DNA from: Rhizodiscina lignyota
Lineage: Eukaryota
Length of the DNA stretch: 64,000 nt
Direction of reading: 5' to 3'
Assembly (NCBI GenBank): GCA_010015805.1
Contig: ML978121.1
Location: forward strand, 1,178,001 to 1,242,000
Position numbers and translations under genes: made by a program. The notes under the pieces are model-generated. The model made no database searches. It saw only the letters and a list, made by a program, of their open reading frames with translations, and was not told the origin of the DNA. Positions 13,714-26,236 of this stretch are shown one piece after another (positions within the stretch are counted from its first letter, which is position 1; every line of letters starts with the position of its first letter).

Positions 13714-16371
13714 ATGTATCATCAAGCGTCTTTCGCGGCATCTACTGACAACTTTCAATACGAGTCACTTCCTACGCCGACCTCGATTCGTCTCATCAAA
13801 GTCCTGTCCCCAGCCAATCCACCAGATAGTTTGCAGGTGGAGCCAAATGGAGCTCCAATCCCCCACTTGATTCAGTGTTCAGTAGAGACTATCGATCTAG
13901 CTGAGAGGGACCGTCCGAATTACTACGCACTATCTTATACTTGGGGTATTCCATTCCCCGAGACTTGGCCCACACCCAGTCAGACGAACGACCGCGCCAC
14001 CGACTATGATCCAAACAACAAGCTTCCTATCTTGTTAAATGGAAAAGTCATCTTCGTCACCAAGAATCTCTACGAGTTTCTACGCCGAGCTGAAGAAAGC
14101 GCATCGAATTCAGGCTGTCAAGAACCCAGTGGGTGTATGGTTTGGCCTGGTGATGACATTGAGCGAAGGATAGCTCCGTACAACAAGACGCCGCTGATTC
14201 GTGCTGCGGAGAAAGGTTACTATGACTACGTCTCGGATTTGATCCAGCGTGATGCAGACGTTAATGCTCAGGATAGGTTTGGTCATACTAGCCTCCATTA
14301 TGCTGCTGAGAACGGTCATCTGAGCGTGACGAAGCTGTTGCTTCGGGCGGGAGGGGATCCCACAATCAAGGACACGTCAGGCTCCACGCCCCTCGATACA
14401 GCGGAACAAGTCTCCCAACATAGAGGATTTGATCGGGAAGCGATCTGTCGTGCTCTTTGTGGGTCCGGCAAGGACGAGGCAGAGAGTAGCAGTACTGATG
14501 AAGCGTCTCTGTTCAAACATCACCTCTGGATAGACGCTATGAGTATCAACCAGAACGATGTGCCCGAGAGAAATGCTCAAGTAACACTGATGAAACGAAT
14601 CTACGAAGAAGCTGCAGGGTCAATCATATGGCTTGGGCCAGAAGACGAACACACCAAGATGGCTAAGCATACCACCACACTGATTTGCCGCGAAGCAGGA
14701 GACTGGTGGCTCAGTATGGCCTTGAATTTGGACGATGGGCACGAATCCAGATACAGCGATCCAGATGTTGAATCGAAACAGTTTGCAGCGCTAAATGGGT
14801 TGCTCCGGCGGACGTGGTTTAAGAGAATTTGGGTGATCCAGGAAATTGCAAGAGCAAAGGAGTTGCATGTCTTCTGCGGGAAATACAGATTCCCGTGGGA
14901 GGTACTGTTTGAGTACGTCCATTACAATTGCTCCCCAACCGCATTGAGGCAGTTAAAACGCACACGCCGCTTCCAGCCTGTCAAACCGCTTAGTCTTAAC
15001 AACGACATTGTTACAGACCAAATATTCACTATTCGCCTCATTACACGTGCAGATACCTGGGAGCGCAACTGCATTCAACTACATGGAAGGGAAATGGGCA
15101 AGAGCATTATTCGGAGTCTCCCCGAGAGGGAGCACCTTACGCTAGGCAACCTCTTGGTTATGGTCTGGCGGTTCAAAGCTACAGAGCCAAGGGACAGGAT
15201 CTTCGCCTTACAAGGACTCTTAGCTCACACAGCAGAAATAACCGTTGATTATGAAAGATCGATCAGTGAGATATACACAACCGCTGCACATCTTCTGATG
15301 GAAGGATCGAAAGGGCCAATCGCCGTTCCCCCGCTCTTCGGTCTTACTCTAGTAGAGCCAACAAGGATTCTGAGGCCAAAGGATAGCTTTTATCTTCCAT
15401 CTTGGGTCCCTGACTTCAACATGTACAACCCAACTGTGGCGTTTTTAAGGAACCACTATGCAGCGGGCACAGCACTACCGTTTCAACTAGACACAGGTGT
15501 AAGGAAAGATACTCTTCATCTGCAAGGCATACGTTTTGATGTCATTGACCTGTGTGAAGAAAGAGACAGGAACGTTGAAGAGAAGGTTGCGCATTTCTTT
15601 CAGCCCAAGCCAGAAGCATCTCACGTGCACGAGGAATTTCTGTATCCGCGCCCATTGTTCTGCCCCCGGAGCTTTTTCGGTATTGGATTAAGCTTGAGTC
15701 CCAGCTATCCCGGTGGAGGAACGAGAGTCGAGGCACTCTGGCGCACCGCTACTAACGACTCTATTGGGAGGGACTACTCAGGCGTTAGCGACACTTACGA
15801 TACAGCTAAGAACTCTTTCCGAGACTTCGTTCGTTTCCTTGTTCGAGATCGGGCACCGCGTGATGTCGTTTTGCGGAACATGATCTGTCAGCTGGCTGCA
15901 GATGATGCTTCGAATTCGCTGCCGGCCTCCGACGAGTTCATTCAAGATGGTATTCCGCCAGAGCAGAGGCGATATCATGACGTATCAGATGCTCTTCCGT
16001 GGGACACTATTTGGCAGCAAACAAATTATAACGTTGCTATTGACCTCTTGTTATGGTCACCGGCCTTAGTCAATCATCCTCAGGGCGAAGTGTTCTTCAA
16101 CGACGCGATGTACAAGTACTACCGTTGGCGTCGACTTTACAAGACTTCGACAGGATATCTAGGACTCGGGCCAAGAAGTGTTCGGCCGGGAGATGAGATT
16201 TGGCTGATTGCGGGGGCGCAGACGCCGTTCGTGCTTAGACGAGTCAACTCGAATATCTCACAAGATGGCAGAAAGTTCGAGCTGGTCGGGGAGACCTACG
16301 TCCACGGGATCATGGAAGGTGAAGCGGCAAAGGGACGCGAAAACGATGTCGAAGACATTACGCTTATATAG
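13714..16371 (+). CDS. HET-domain (HET-6-like) heterokaryon incompatibility protein with internal ankyrin repeats
   Basis: HET blocks YYALSYTWG, LWIDAMSINQND..ERNAQV..M..IY, WFKRIWVIQE, ATEPRDRIFAL, LPSWVPD, and HET-6-type C-terminus GYLGLGP...LVGETYVHGIMEGE. Ankyrin motifs TPLIRAA and TSLHYAAENGH. Intronless; first ATG at 13714. Confidence 0.9.
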   Translation: MYHQASFAASTDNFQYESLPTPTSIRLIKVLSPANPPDSLQVEPNGAPIPHLIQCSVETIDLAERDRPNYYALSYTWGIPFPETWPTPSQTNDRATDYDPNNKLPILLNGKVIFVTKNLYEFLRRAEESASNSGCQEPSGCMVWPGDDIERRIAPYNKTPLIRAAEKGYYDYVSDLIQRDADVNAQDRFGHTSLHYAAENGHLSVTKLLLRAGGDPTIKDTSGSTPLDTAEQVSQHRGFDREAICRALCGSGKDEAESSSTDEASLFKHHLWIDAMSINQNDVPERNAQVTLMKRIYEEAAGSIIWLGPEDEHTKMAKHTTTLICREAGDWWLSMALNLDDGHESRYSDPDVESKQFAALNGLLRRTWFKRIWVIQEIARAKELHVFCGKYRFPWEVLFEYVHYNCSPTALRQLKRTRRFQPVKPLSLNNDIVTDQIFTIRLITRADTWERNCIQLHGREMGKSIIRSLPEREHLTLGNLLVMVWRFKATEPRDRIFALQGLLAHTAEITVDYERSISEIYTTAAHLLMEGSKGPIAVPPLFGLTLVEPTRILRPKDSFYLPSWVPDFNMYNPTVAFLRNHYAAGTALPFQLDTGVRKDTLHLQGIRFDVIDLCEERDRNVEEKVAHFFQPKPEASHVHEEFLYPRPLFCPRSFFGIGLSLSPSYPGGGTRVEALWRTATNDSIGRDYSGVSDTYDTAKNSFRDFVRFLVRDRAPRDVVLRNMICQLAADDASNSLPASDEFIQDGIPPEQRRYHDVSDALPWDTIWQQTNYNVAIDLLLWSPALVNHPQGEVFFNDAMYKYYRWRRLYKTSTGYLGLGPRSVRPGDEIWLIAGAQTPFVLRRVNSNISQDGRKFELVGETYVHGIMEGEAAKGRENDVEDITLI

Positions 16372-17593
16372 TGCTCTTGTCGAGAACCAAGTGGAAGGGC
16401 CGTACGACGACGAAACGCGCAGAGTAAGTAAACTCTGAGCATCCAGCTGGTACGGTCGAATTCTAGAATACATGATTAGCAGTGAAGATTGAAGAAATAT
16501 CTCATTATGAGCAGCGTGGTGTGTTCCTCTGCCCGAACTGTCGAGCAACTATGCATTTGTTTAGCGCAGAAGCTTCGGTAAATTGCTCTGGAGTTGGATC
16601 GTACGGACATGAAGGGAAAGCCGTTGGACGACGTTCTAGAAACTCCTGCAAGAATTCCAAATCGTTGAGCACAGCCACAACTCTCGGCCCCTGCATGAAA
16701 GATTGCAGACTAGTGTGCTAGAGCATGCGAGTGCCTCCCTACCTCCGATGTACAAGCCTACAACATCCCCACGCGATCTTACACTCGTTTCCAAATCTCC
16801 ACGCAGAGACTGCTGTGCCGTGCCGCGTCTCCGTCGTCAACGTGGTGTCACGCTAGGTACGCGATGTCACATGTTACTCATTCGCTTTCGATCTGGCCAA
16901 TCACAGTGTCTAACGTGGGAAGGCGACACGTCGTGATGGCAAAGGTGCGCGGCATGAAGAGTTGACTCATCTTTATGACTCCTACGAGTGTAACGGCATC
17001 CGAAAAAGGGAGTTCGGTAACGCGAGAGATTTTCCGTCGTTAGGCAGTAGTCATTACGAAAATTGATGCCTCACGAAGACCCATGTGTGCCTTAATGCGA
17101 CGCCCGATGGATGTCTGACAACGTGTTTGATGGTGAGAAGGGTTATCCAAGCTCGCACGATCGTCGAGCATACGGTTCGATGGTTGCGAAGTCCACTCAA
17201 CAGCAGTACCAGCACTTGAGATGGCAACTATCCGCGCTCGGAAAGCCGACGCATGCAACGTTCCGAGGCTATTCGACTACGAGCCTTGATAAATGAATTC
17301 ACACAACATCTACAAATGAGTGTTTCACATTACTATAGCTACTTGAAGAGCGGAGGAACAATGGACAAGTACAGTGACAAATTTAGGAGAGTACGGAGTA
17401 TAGAGCATTCTATGAGCCTCTGGGTATCTGAGCCAAGGAAAGTATGCAATGATAGTATACTCGAGAGTAGCGAATGTTCGACCGTGAATCATAATCCCCT
17501 CTTGCATCATACAACTTCAGCAACGCCAAGCACAGTCCCAGATTCCCACTTCTCGCCTCTCGACCTGCAAACTCAATCTCCACCGGTTCCCCC

Positions 17594-20500
17594 TCACACT
17601 TTAGCCATCAGCAGCTCCTCTAGACGCTTTAATCGCTCGCCCTGAGACTGTACTTGCTCCTCAAGCTCTCTGTTCCTCTCATCACGGTTCGTAAGCTCCG
17701 TCTTCAGCCTGCGAATTTCCTCACGAGAATCTGGCGAATCCTCGTCACCAAACCTCTCAGGCTTCACGATACTCCCATCTCGCTTCCGCTTCGTGACATC
17801 CGTAACAGTATCCATGGTGCTCTTGCGGCTGTTGAGATGCGAGTCTCTCTCTAGAGATGAATAGCGCCCATCAACCTCTTCTTCAGTCTTTGCTGCGACG
17901 GCGGTCGTGGAGGCCTCGGAAATCGATTCTGTACGTCGATGAACACGGCGCATATGCTCCTGTAGATTTTCCTTGCGCGTGAAGCCGCTACCGGTATGAC
18001 GCTTACAGTTTGGCTCTGGACAGAACAAACGTTTGCCGGTACCACCGTGCATGTTGTGCACTTCGCGCTGATGCCGTAACAGCCCGCCGCTGTATGTGAA
18101 GCCTTGGAGTTTCGAGCATTCAGGGCGTTCGCATCTGTACGGTCTTTCGTGTTTGTCCATGTGCTTCCTGCCATAAAAATTTAGCAGGGTCTTAGGTAAG
18201 ATGAGGAATCATGGATTAAACTTACCCCCATTCGCATTTACGATCGAACGTGAGATTCTTACACCCGGCATTTACTTCACATACCATCTTGCCTTCGGAG
18301 TTGCGAGGAGGGTCACCATCTCGCTTGAATGTGTAGCCGCGGCGCGGAGAGAAGCCATATGGAGAGATCGAATCTGATGGTGCAGGAGATGTTGATTCCT
18401 CTGGGAGCTCTTCAGGCATGTTGGACGTTGTAGAGGGGTGATCGGAAGTTACTGAGATTCTCCTTCTCTTTGAAGTAGGCTCTTCTGAAGCTGATGGTTC
18501 TGGTCTCGTACGATCCTGCGACATTACTGGTTGTTTAATGTGTAAGCCCATTTGTGCAGTTGAAGGTCTTGTGGCTGGTTGTGAGCTCTGTTGGAAATGT
18601 TGGGCTATAAACGCTGTTGTGTCACCCGGCGCAGAGTGTGGCGCTCCAAAAAGATTTGACGTATAGTTTGCCTGAGGAGACGTGGCATATGGGTATATAT
18701 CGTATGCCTGCGGCGCAGCAGCCTGAGCGGCTGTACTAGTCACTAAAGGTGTGCGTTCGCTTTGGTCGGGTATGAGTCTGATATCAGGAACTGGAACTGG
18801 AACAGAAGCCGGCCCGATCAGATGACTACGTCGACTTGATTGTGGCGAATGAGCTCGGGTGGCGGGAGATGATTGAAAATCCTGACTCCGGCGTGCGTTG
18901 TCCTGGTGCCATGCATTGATGTTGAAAGGGCTTTGGCCTTGAGCGGGAGCATTGACTTGGCCTGCAACCTGGTGCCAGAAGTGCGTCGGGCTTTCGAGCG
19001 ATGGGTTGGGCGAACGAGATGCATTATACTCCGCATGTTGCCGGCTCTGCTGAGGCAGGTACGAATCTAGGCGGAATGACCAGTCAGTTCTCAAAATGCC
19101 ACTCTACCCCAGACGTGTACCTTGAGTGGTGACTCACGTTCCCCGTAGTCAATCGGCGAGAGCGATGCTTCGCTGCCTACTGAGAGACTGAGACGCTGCC
19201 GAGGCTGTGCAGGGATCTCGTTGAGAGGATCTGGATCCCGGATCACATCGGTGGCGAGAGCTAAGCCACAATTCCCAACGTCACTTCCGGCACTCCCACT
19301 TAAAAGCATGTCAATGTCACCAGATCCTGTCGCTAGAAGCGCCGCATTAACGTCTTCCAAAGTCTGCTGGCCATACGCGAGGTCTTCACCTGCTGTCAGC
19401 AAAATGAGCCGGGTATATCCGAGACAGGCGCAGCACTTGCGTGTACTTACAAGCTCCATCTTCCGGACGAAACGACGAGTTCAAGAATCGCGCGTTTTCC
19501 GGATCGCTGAGGAAGTTGCCCCGCGACACATGCGAGGGATTATGAGGCCCTTGCTGTGATTGCTGTCCTTGAGACGAGAGAGGATCCCGATTCTGTTCGA
19601 ATCGACGTTGCGACTGCTGCCCTTGAGTTAAAAGAGAACCCCGATCGCGTCCGAATCGATGTTGGGACTGTTGCGCGAACTCATGCTCGCCTTGACCCTG
19701 CGAATTGTAAAACATCCAACATACACCCCACAGCACAGCTAAAGAGGGTTTGATGCTCCATGGCCACGTAGTACTTAGTGGCCTTCTATTGTTTGAGAAT
19801 TCCGAGCACCACTGCCGGCCACCGAGCTTACCTTTTTGCTTCCATTCAGCGTACCATGCGGAGGAATTGGCGACGACAAACTTGGCAAGTTTACCGATAA
19901 AGGCTTCCACTAGGCTCTGCCGGATTCGTAGGAGCAGATGCTCCAGATCAGCGGCAGTGTTTTCCTCGTAGAGCGACTCGTCTCGGGCATGGCCTCTCTG
20001 TAGCGCCCATTCGTGCCGCAGAAGGTGTAGTACTGCTAACGCGTCGTTGACGAATGCTAGATAGCGGCTGAGTTGCTTGAGACCTAGATGATGGATCTTC
20101 ACCTGCTTCTTGCATTGAAGGAACAAATTGTTGTCCGCGGAAACAACTGGGAAATCCGACAAGTCGAGCAGCCTTTCGTTTACATCCTGCGTAATCCCAT
20201 TCAGGTTTTTGCTGTCTCGAAAGGTCTTCAATAGCCTATTGAACAGTCAGTCCGAGGCTCAAGTATAAAGTTCAGAATGGTGTACCGTCTAAAGTGGCGA
20301 CTACCCGTATCAAGACAATGTGAGTTCGTGTTACCACGGCTCCTCCAACCACGACTCTGTCGGTGATGACTCTCCCTCTCATTACGACAAGCAGGACTTC
20401 CCGCACTGCAACGAGTGGTTGATCTGCGGTACTCTGAACTGGGTTTACCAGTAGCGTCAATCGCCTTCCAGCTCAAGCATCTTTCAACCTGCCTCTTTGC

Positions 20501-20803
20501 ATCTCCTGTAAACAGGTGTAAAAACTTGACGTCATCATCGCCATTGTCGTGCTCTTCGCCATGATGGTGGTGATGATGAGGATGGCTGTACTTCGCATTC
20601 GTATTCGCATCTTTCCCCTTTGCGTATATTCTCGTCTCAAAGCTCTTGGCGACACGTAGAAGCCTCACTGCCACGTGCAGATCCGTACTTGGTAAAGAAT
20701 TCGAGCTTGGCATTGGCGACATCGACAAAGTTGGCTGAGTTGCGAGGTCTGGCTCGAGCTCCAAATCATGGTCGGCGCCACGCGGATTCAACTTGAGAAT
20801 CAT
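17594..20803 (-). CDS. C2H2 zinc-finger transcription factor with C-terminal coiled coil
   Basis: Three fingers: CEVNAGC..F.RKCEWGKHMDKH, CERPEC..LLRHQREVH, CPEPNC..NLQEHMRRVH. Exons ~20803-20286, 20235-19451, 19389-19138, 19066-18226 and 18167-17594 join in frame via canonical introns. Confidence 0.8.
19555..19675 (-). repeat. Degenerate 54-bp (18-aa) coding tandem repeat, ~2.3 copies
   Basis: QQSQHRFGRDRGSLLTQG / QQSQRRFEQNRDPLSSQG / QQSQQ within the C2H2 gene. Confidence 0.7.
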
Positions 20804-21783
20804 TCGGAAGATGAGCGATGACCATAACCTAAAAAAATGAGAAGAGAGTAAATCCTAATCACTGAATTGCCATTGTATAGAAGTCGCGCAAAAAGCAGTC
20901 AAATCAAATCTAATTCTAATGCGAGCGGATTCCAAGACCTTATGGATATGTAACACGCTCACCAAGGCTTACCTGCACCCCATCTCAACAATCTAAAGTA
21001 ACTGCGCCACAGATAGAGTCCTGAGGTATCGATATCGTTCTCTGAATCTGCCTTGATTTGTATTGTTATGCTGTTACGAGACGATGGCGTTGTCCCATTG
21101 GCCGTTCCGAGTCACAAAACTGAAGGCGGAACGCCAGCACAGCCGCAATGGCACAAGCCACTAGGCAGCCACACTGCCTCCTATTTTCATTCGACAGCAC
21201 CCAAGTCAGTCTCGTAGGCAGAAGTATTTCATGGCTGTGCGATCGAATCAAATACCGCAAGCACCCGAGGAATCGGCGCGATCGAAGTGAAGATACTATT
21301 GCCTTTCTTGCAAGGCAACCGAGACCGTCGCTGACCACTCCGCTGTCACTTGTGAAGGAAATTCAGCCCTTGCACCCAGGTGCGCATGTGGTCACAGACG
21401 CTAAGCAGATACCTTCACGGATTTCCAGGAGCGGCACAGGTCGTATAAGCGGATCCCGCGAATAATGGAACATACACTCGCTCACTCGTGACAGCCTCTA
21501 CTCAGACATTTAAGCCATTCGCGGAACCTATTTCGATGCACAGCAGACTACGTATCGCAGGAAACTCGGGTTAGGATTTCTTTAGCCTGCATGATTTGCA
21601 TTGAATAACAGAATTTTCGATATACATCGGTCGGGCAATCTGCACAACCCGTATTCAAGACTGCTAAGTCCAACCAGGATATATGTCGACCGGCTTGAGA
21701 TCTCTTCTAATATAATGCAGTATCATGAGATCCCACCAGCAGTTACTACCAGTGAGAAACTCTCTCTTTTGATTCCATTCTCA

Positions 21784-22689
21784 TCACTCCACGTTCTCGA
21801 GTATTTGCTTGACCTTCTCAGTCTCTCGCAAATGCCGGAATGCCATCGGGCGAAGAGCCTCAAACCCATCGAACAAGCTGCCATAAGTGATGCCTCCGCC
21901 TCGCCACATAGGCCGCAGTACCTCAATTTTCAAGGTCTCTGTCTTCTCATCGATTGCATCTTCCCTTACGTGATAGAGGACCGCTTCGCATAACACTAGC
22001 GTTGCCGTTCTCACTGGCGAGCCATCGGCATTCTGTCTGTTCTTCGAATATATCGGCACTGTACTGTGCACCTTGCACTCCATACTAAAAGCCGCCTCAG
22101 CTGGATGTGGGGGCTTCACTAATGTGCTCTGACGAGGATGCAGACCGGCCAGCGGCCATTCCGATTGCTGTGGAGGCGTGTTAACAGCACAGAAGTTTGC
22201 GGCCTCGAGATACCAGTCGCTAATGATGCTAATGCATAGCTCGCCCGTCTCGATACAGTTGCGCAGAGTATCCTTGGTTTCGTCTCCAACAATTGAGACG
22301 GTGTAGATTGGTGGATCGGGAGATACAGCGTTGAAGTAAGAGAACGGAGCGATATTCTGACAGAGACCATCTTTAGAGACTGTGCTAACGAATGCTATAG
22401 GCCGTGGAACGACAGATGAGATGATGAACTTGTAGTTTTGTGTCACAGTTCGAGAAGGATCCTGTGGGTTAATGGAGACCATCTTATGTTGCTTCCATTC
22501 GTCGTTCGATGCGCCATCACCAGGCTGCCACTGTGGATTTGGTGACTTCGAATATTTGTATGTCTTTGATGAGTCGTACTCTTCTCGTGAGGCTTCTACT
22601 GCTGCCCAGTCTGCATGAGGATTGCGCTTGATAAGCGCTTCTTTGTCGAACGCTTCAACGGGATCAGTTGGCTGAATAGATGAAGACAT
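21784..22689 (-). CDS. Flavin reductase-like FMN-binding (split-barrel) protein
   Basis: ISSVVPRPIAFVSTVS..G..NIAPFSYFN, KDTLRNCIETGE, VKPP..AEAAFSMECK. ATG at 22689. Confidence 0.88.
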   Translation of the reverse strand: MSSSIQPTDPVEAFDKEALIKRNPHADWAAVEASREEYDSSKTYKYSKSPNPQWQPGDGASNDEWKQHKMVSINPQDPSRTVTQNYKFIISSVVPRPIAFVSTVSKDGLCQNIAPFSYFNAVSPDPPIYTVSIVGDETKDTLRNCIETGELCISIISDWYLEAANFCAVNTPPQQSEWPLAGLHPRQSTLVKPPHPAEAAFSMECKVHSTVPIYSKNRQNADGSPVRTATLVLCEAVLYHVREDAIDEKTETLKIEVLRPMWRGGGITYGSLFDGFEALRPMAFRHLRETEKVKQILENVE

Positions 22690-24361
22690 GTTTCCTCGAT
22701 AGATCGTGCCCGGCAATAAGAGAAGAGAGTAAAACCAAATGAAATATGGATCAATACTCACTTCTCATGCAATGAGCGAAGAGTCGTCTTACATCTGCAA
22801 GTGTGCTCCGCAAAGGATGAGGGTCTAGAGTGGTTATTTCCTATTGCCGAGGCACCAATGCCTCCCTGCACAGCAGATAATATTTGTGTATTCACATAGA
22901 CCACTGAAATACATCTACAGATTACAAGAGATCAGATTTTTGGCGTGCGTGCAAAAACCATTCTCGGCCCAGATATTAGCATCATAGCCCAAGGGGAAGA
23001 TGGCGATTGGTTATCGGTCTCCTGCTATGAGATGTTAATAGGACACGGACATTGAAAGTGCCCTTTCCTACGAAGGAGCGAGTTTTCGGCGATCGAACAA
23101 GATCTGTAACGACGTCCCTTTTTATGACAACGAGGAGTAAATCTTCTAAGGCAGGCTGGGCGAGCTGCTCCCTGATAACCTTAAATGCAACTGTACCTAC
23201 GCGAGGAAGCTTCTTGGAAGTGCCAGGGGTATCTTCAACAATGTGGCTCCGTAGACTGTTCGCTCGCTGGAAACGAGCGTCTTCGCGACGCCGGATTGGT
23301 CCACTGCTGTAGTTTTGGTCCGGTCTCGCCCAACCAGCGAGTGGGATGGTTGCTTTAGGAAGAAGCCGAAGGCCAGGTATTTGGGATTCAGAGATAGGGT
23401 ACTCTATCCCGTAGGAGCGGCACTCGCGTAACTTGAGATCAGAAACTCATGCTCGGTATACATGTATGTAAACTGCGCGAGACATAGAAAGCTATTATAT
23501 CGGCATAGAGTCCTAATCCTGCCAATGTTTGAAATACGTCTTCGAGTTCGAGGGCGTGAGCAGTCGCAAAAGGTTTGAGCCTTGGCACGCTTGGCGAGCA
23601 ATTTCGGCTCGAATTCTCTTTTCTGGTCAATCCCTTCTACGATACTGACTACATTACTCGACGACGAAGAATCTAGACGACGCTGAACTCCGACGTAGCG
23701 CTCGGATTTCCGCGGCGCGTTTAACTAGACGCCGATATCGTTGCCTTGGACATTTTACGCTTAAGTCGCCTTAAACCGAACACTTTAGGACAACTTCCGA
23801 TGGATTTCTGACAGCAAACTAATCTTCTCTCTCCGCAGTCATGTTCCTTACTTGTGTCAGATCATCACGAAAGCCTCCCATGTCAATTATTCTACCTGTG
23901 AAAGTCCCATTTGCAATAGATCTTGTCCTCGGTGTGGCTCGGCATGTCTCCGCTAGCTATTGCTAATCAGCGCTCATGTGCGAGCACGTCAGAATGGATC
24001 CCGCACCCGTTATCTCTCCCTCCCCCAACTGCATAATGGAAGCCGTCTAGCCGCCTCAATGCGGGCGGCGTTTTCTTGCTCTCAGTAAATTTAGAGACTT
24101 CTGCCCGTGGATGACGGACGTTCCCTGCTGCCGCCGGCCAATTGCCGTTTACGTACCCCTCCAGAGGCCGAAGATACGTACTTCATCTTTGTGTTATATT
24201 CGCCTTCCGATTTTTAATCGAACACTCTGCTCGAAGAAACCATGAGCACTCTCAGGCATTCATTTAATTACTAGATCTCTCTCATTTACGGTGGCTTTCA
24301 TCAACATTTAATCATTTGAGCCCTTTCGCTAAAAGTCAGCTGCCAATCCGCCAATATCAAC

Positions 24362-25764
24362 ATGTCCGACATCGCTTTAAAGAGCCCTCCGCGGGGCGAG
24401 AAGAGGAAACTTCGACGATCTGAAAGGATACAGGATGCTGTGAAACGACGGAAAACCCGTGGCGCGACAAGCTACGAAATTATACCCAAGGATATATCAA
24501 AGCGAACACCGATCGTGAAAATTACCGAAATAGCCACGCCGCCCCCCTCGATACCTCCGACTCCCAGCACCCAAAGTGCTCTTATTGTCGCCAGAAAGGG
24601 TGAATATGAGGTTGTCAACGACTTCCCCTTGACTCCTTTGCAACACGAGGATGAAATCATGATCCGTGGTCACACGGTTGGCCTGAATCCAATCGATTGG
24701 AAGTCAGTAGCCTTTAACTTTTGCCTACCTGATTTCCCATGGGTAAGTACCACCCGACCACAACTCTATATCAGAGTCCTAACAATCTTCGAAAGGTTAC
24801 TGGTCGAGAGATGGCCGGAGTCGTTGAAAAAGTCGGCAAGAATGTCTCGCACGTCCGCCCCGGAGACCGAGTCTGGACAAGCACCTACTACCGCGACGTA
24901 CGGGCCGGCACCTTCCAAGAATACGTAATCGTCCCTCAACATACCGTTCTACCTATCCCAGGGAACATATCATTTGAGGAGGCATCGGTTCTTGGAGTTG
25001 CGGGACTTACAGCCGCAATGACGCTGTGGAAGTGGATGGAGATTCCAATGCCAGGTAACACGTCCGCCGCAGGCCTACCATCTCCACCACAGACTCCTGA
25101 AGAACGTGCAGAAAACTCGACTGTACCGTTTGGGACCCTCTCTGCAGCCTCAGCCGCTGCTTTATCGAAGCAGACGGAGGCCAAGAACTCCAAAGGCTGG
25201 GTTCTTATCTGGGGTGGCAGCACAGTCACTGGCCAGTTTGCGACGCAACTTGTAAAACTCAGCGGCTTGAGAGCAATTACCATCACTTCAGGGCGTACAG
25301 CCGCGCTATCAAAGTCACTGGGAGCGGAGCACGTCATTGTCCGCGACGGGCTCGATTCATCGGATATTCTTGCTGAGATTGCTAGAGTCACTCAAGGTCA
25401 CATTACCCACGCAATCGACATTGTAGGCGAAGCAACTGCTGCACTGGTTCTTCGGGTTCTTTCGTCGGATCTACAACGAAAAGTCATGGGCGACCAAAAA
25501 ATTCCGTTTGCTCCTTTGGCTTTCATGAAGGCTAATCAAGAAGTTCCCGATACAGTCTCGGTGGAGAATGTGGAGATGAAAAGGTTCATATTGGACAAGG
25601 AGTCGAACAAATACGCTCTCGAGTTGAACCGTCTTCTTGAAAGCGGCCAGCTACAGTTGCCCGAGCTCGAAGTAGTGGAGGGAGGATTCCATGCTATCCC
25701 TAAAGCATTGGAGTTGCTGAAGAAGGGAGACATGGGAGGTCGGAAACTCATCGTAAAAGTCTAG
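24362..25764 (+). CDS. Medium-chain dehydrogenase/reductase (GroES-like, trans-enoyl reductase-like)
   Basis: GLNPIDWK, G.EMAGVVEKVG, GTFQEY and LIWGGSTVTGQFATQL. Intron 24743-24795. Confidence 0.88.
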
Positions 25765-26236
25765 TGATTCTTCTGGCGGCTCTCCTGCGTTGCATTTTCG
25801 GCGTTCAAGCATAGCGTTATCTGTTTCACGTAGACATCGGATGTGACTTTAAGCATGGCGAAATGTAAAACATTTCCTACCTCTACCTGGGCTGAGAGAC
25901 GCTGTTCCGGCCATCTTCTGATGATTCTCTGTGCTGGCTCTTGTAGAGGCGTGTGCGCGTTTTGCACTGCATAGAAGCTCTATCACCGCATCGCACACCA
26001 TACAGCCAATTTCGCAGTATGAAGCACTAATATCTACTACGCTCTGAGGGCCTATGCAGCAACTATAGTCTGGTAGCACAAGCTGCTCAATCCACAATCC
26101 ATGTGTAACCAGAACCGTGCTAATCGCTGATTACATAATCCATAGGGCTGAATTGGATACCTTGTAGCGTGGCGCAAAGAAGTTGAAAGTGTTGATGAAG
26201 GTGGAGTGTTAGCTCTAGCTAGCTATATTAAACACA

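Noticed and set aside
22990..23400. Met-less open frame on the - strand
   Set aside because: No start codon, splice model or motif; treated as intergenic.
21784..25764. Secondary-metabolite cluster (flavin reductase plus enoyl reductase-like pair)
   Set aside because: No PKS, NRPS or terpene backbone gene in the window; the neighbours are housekeeping genes.
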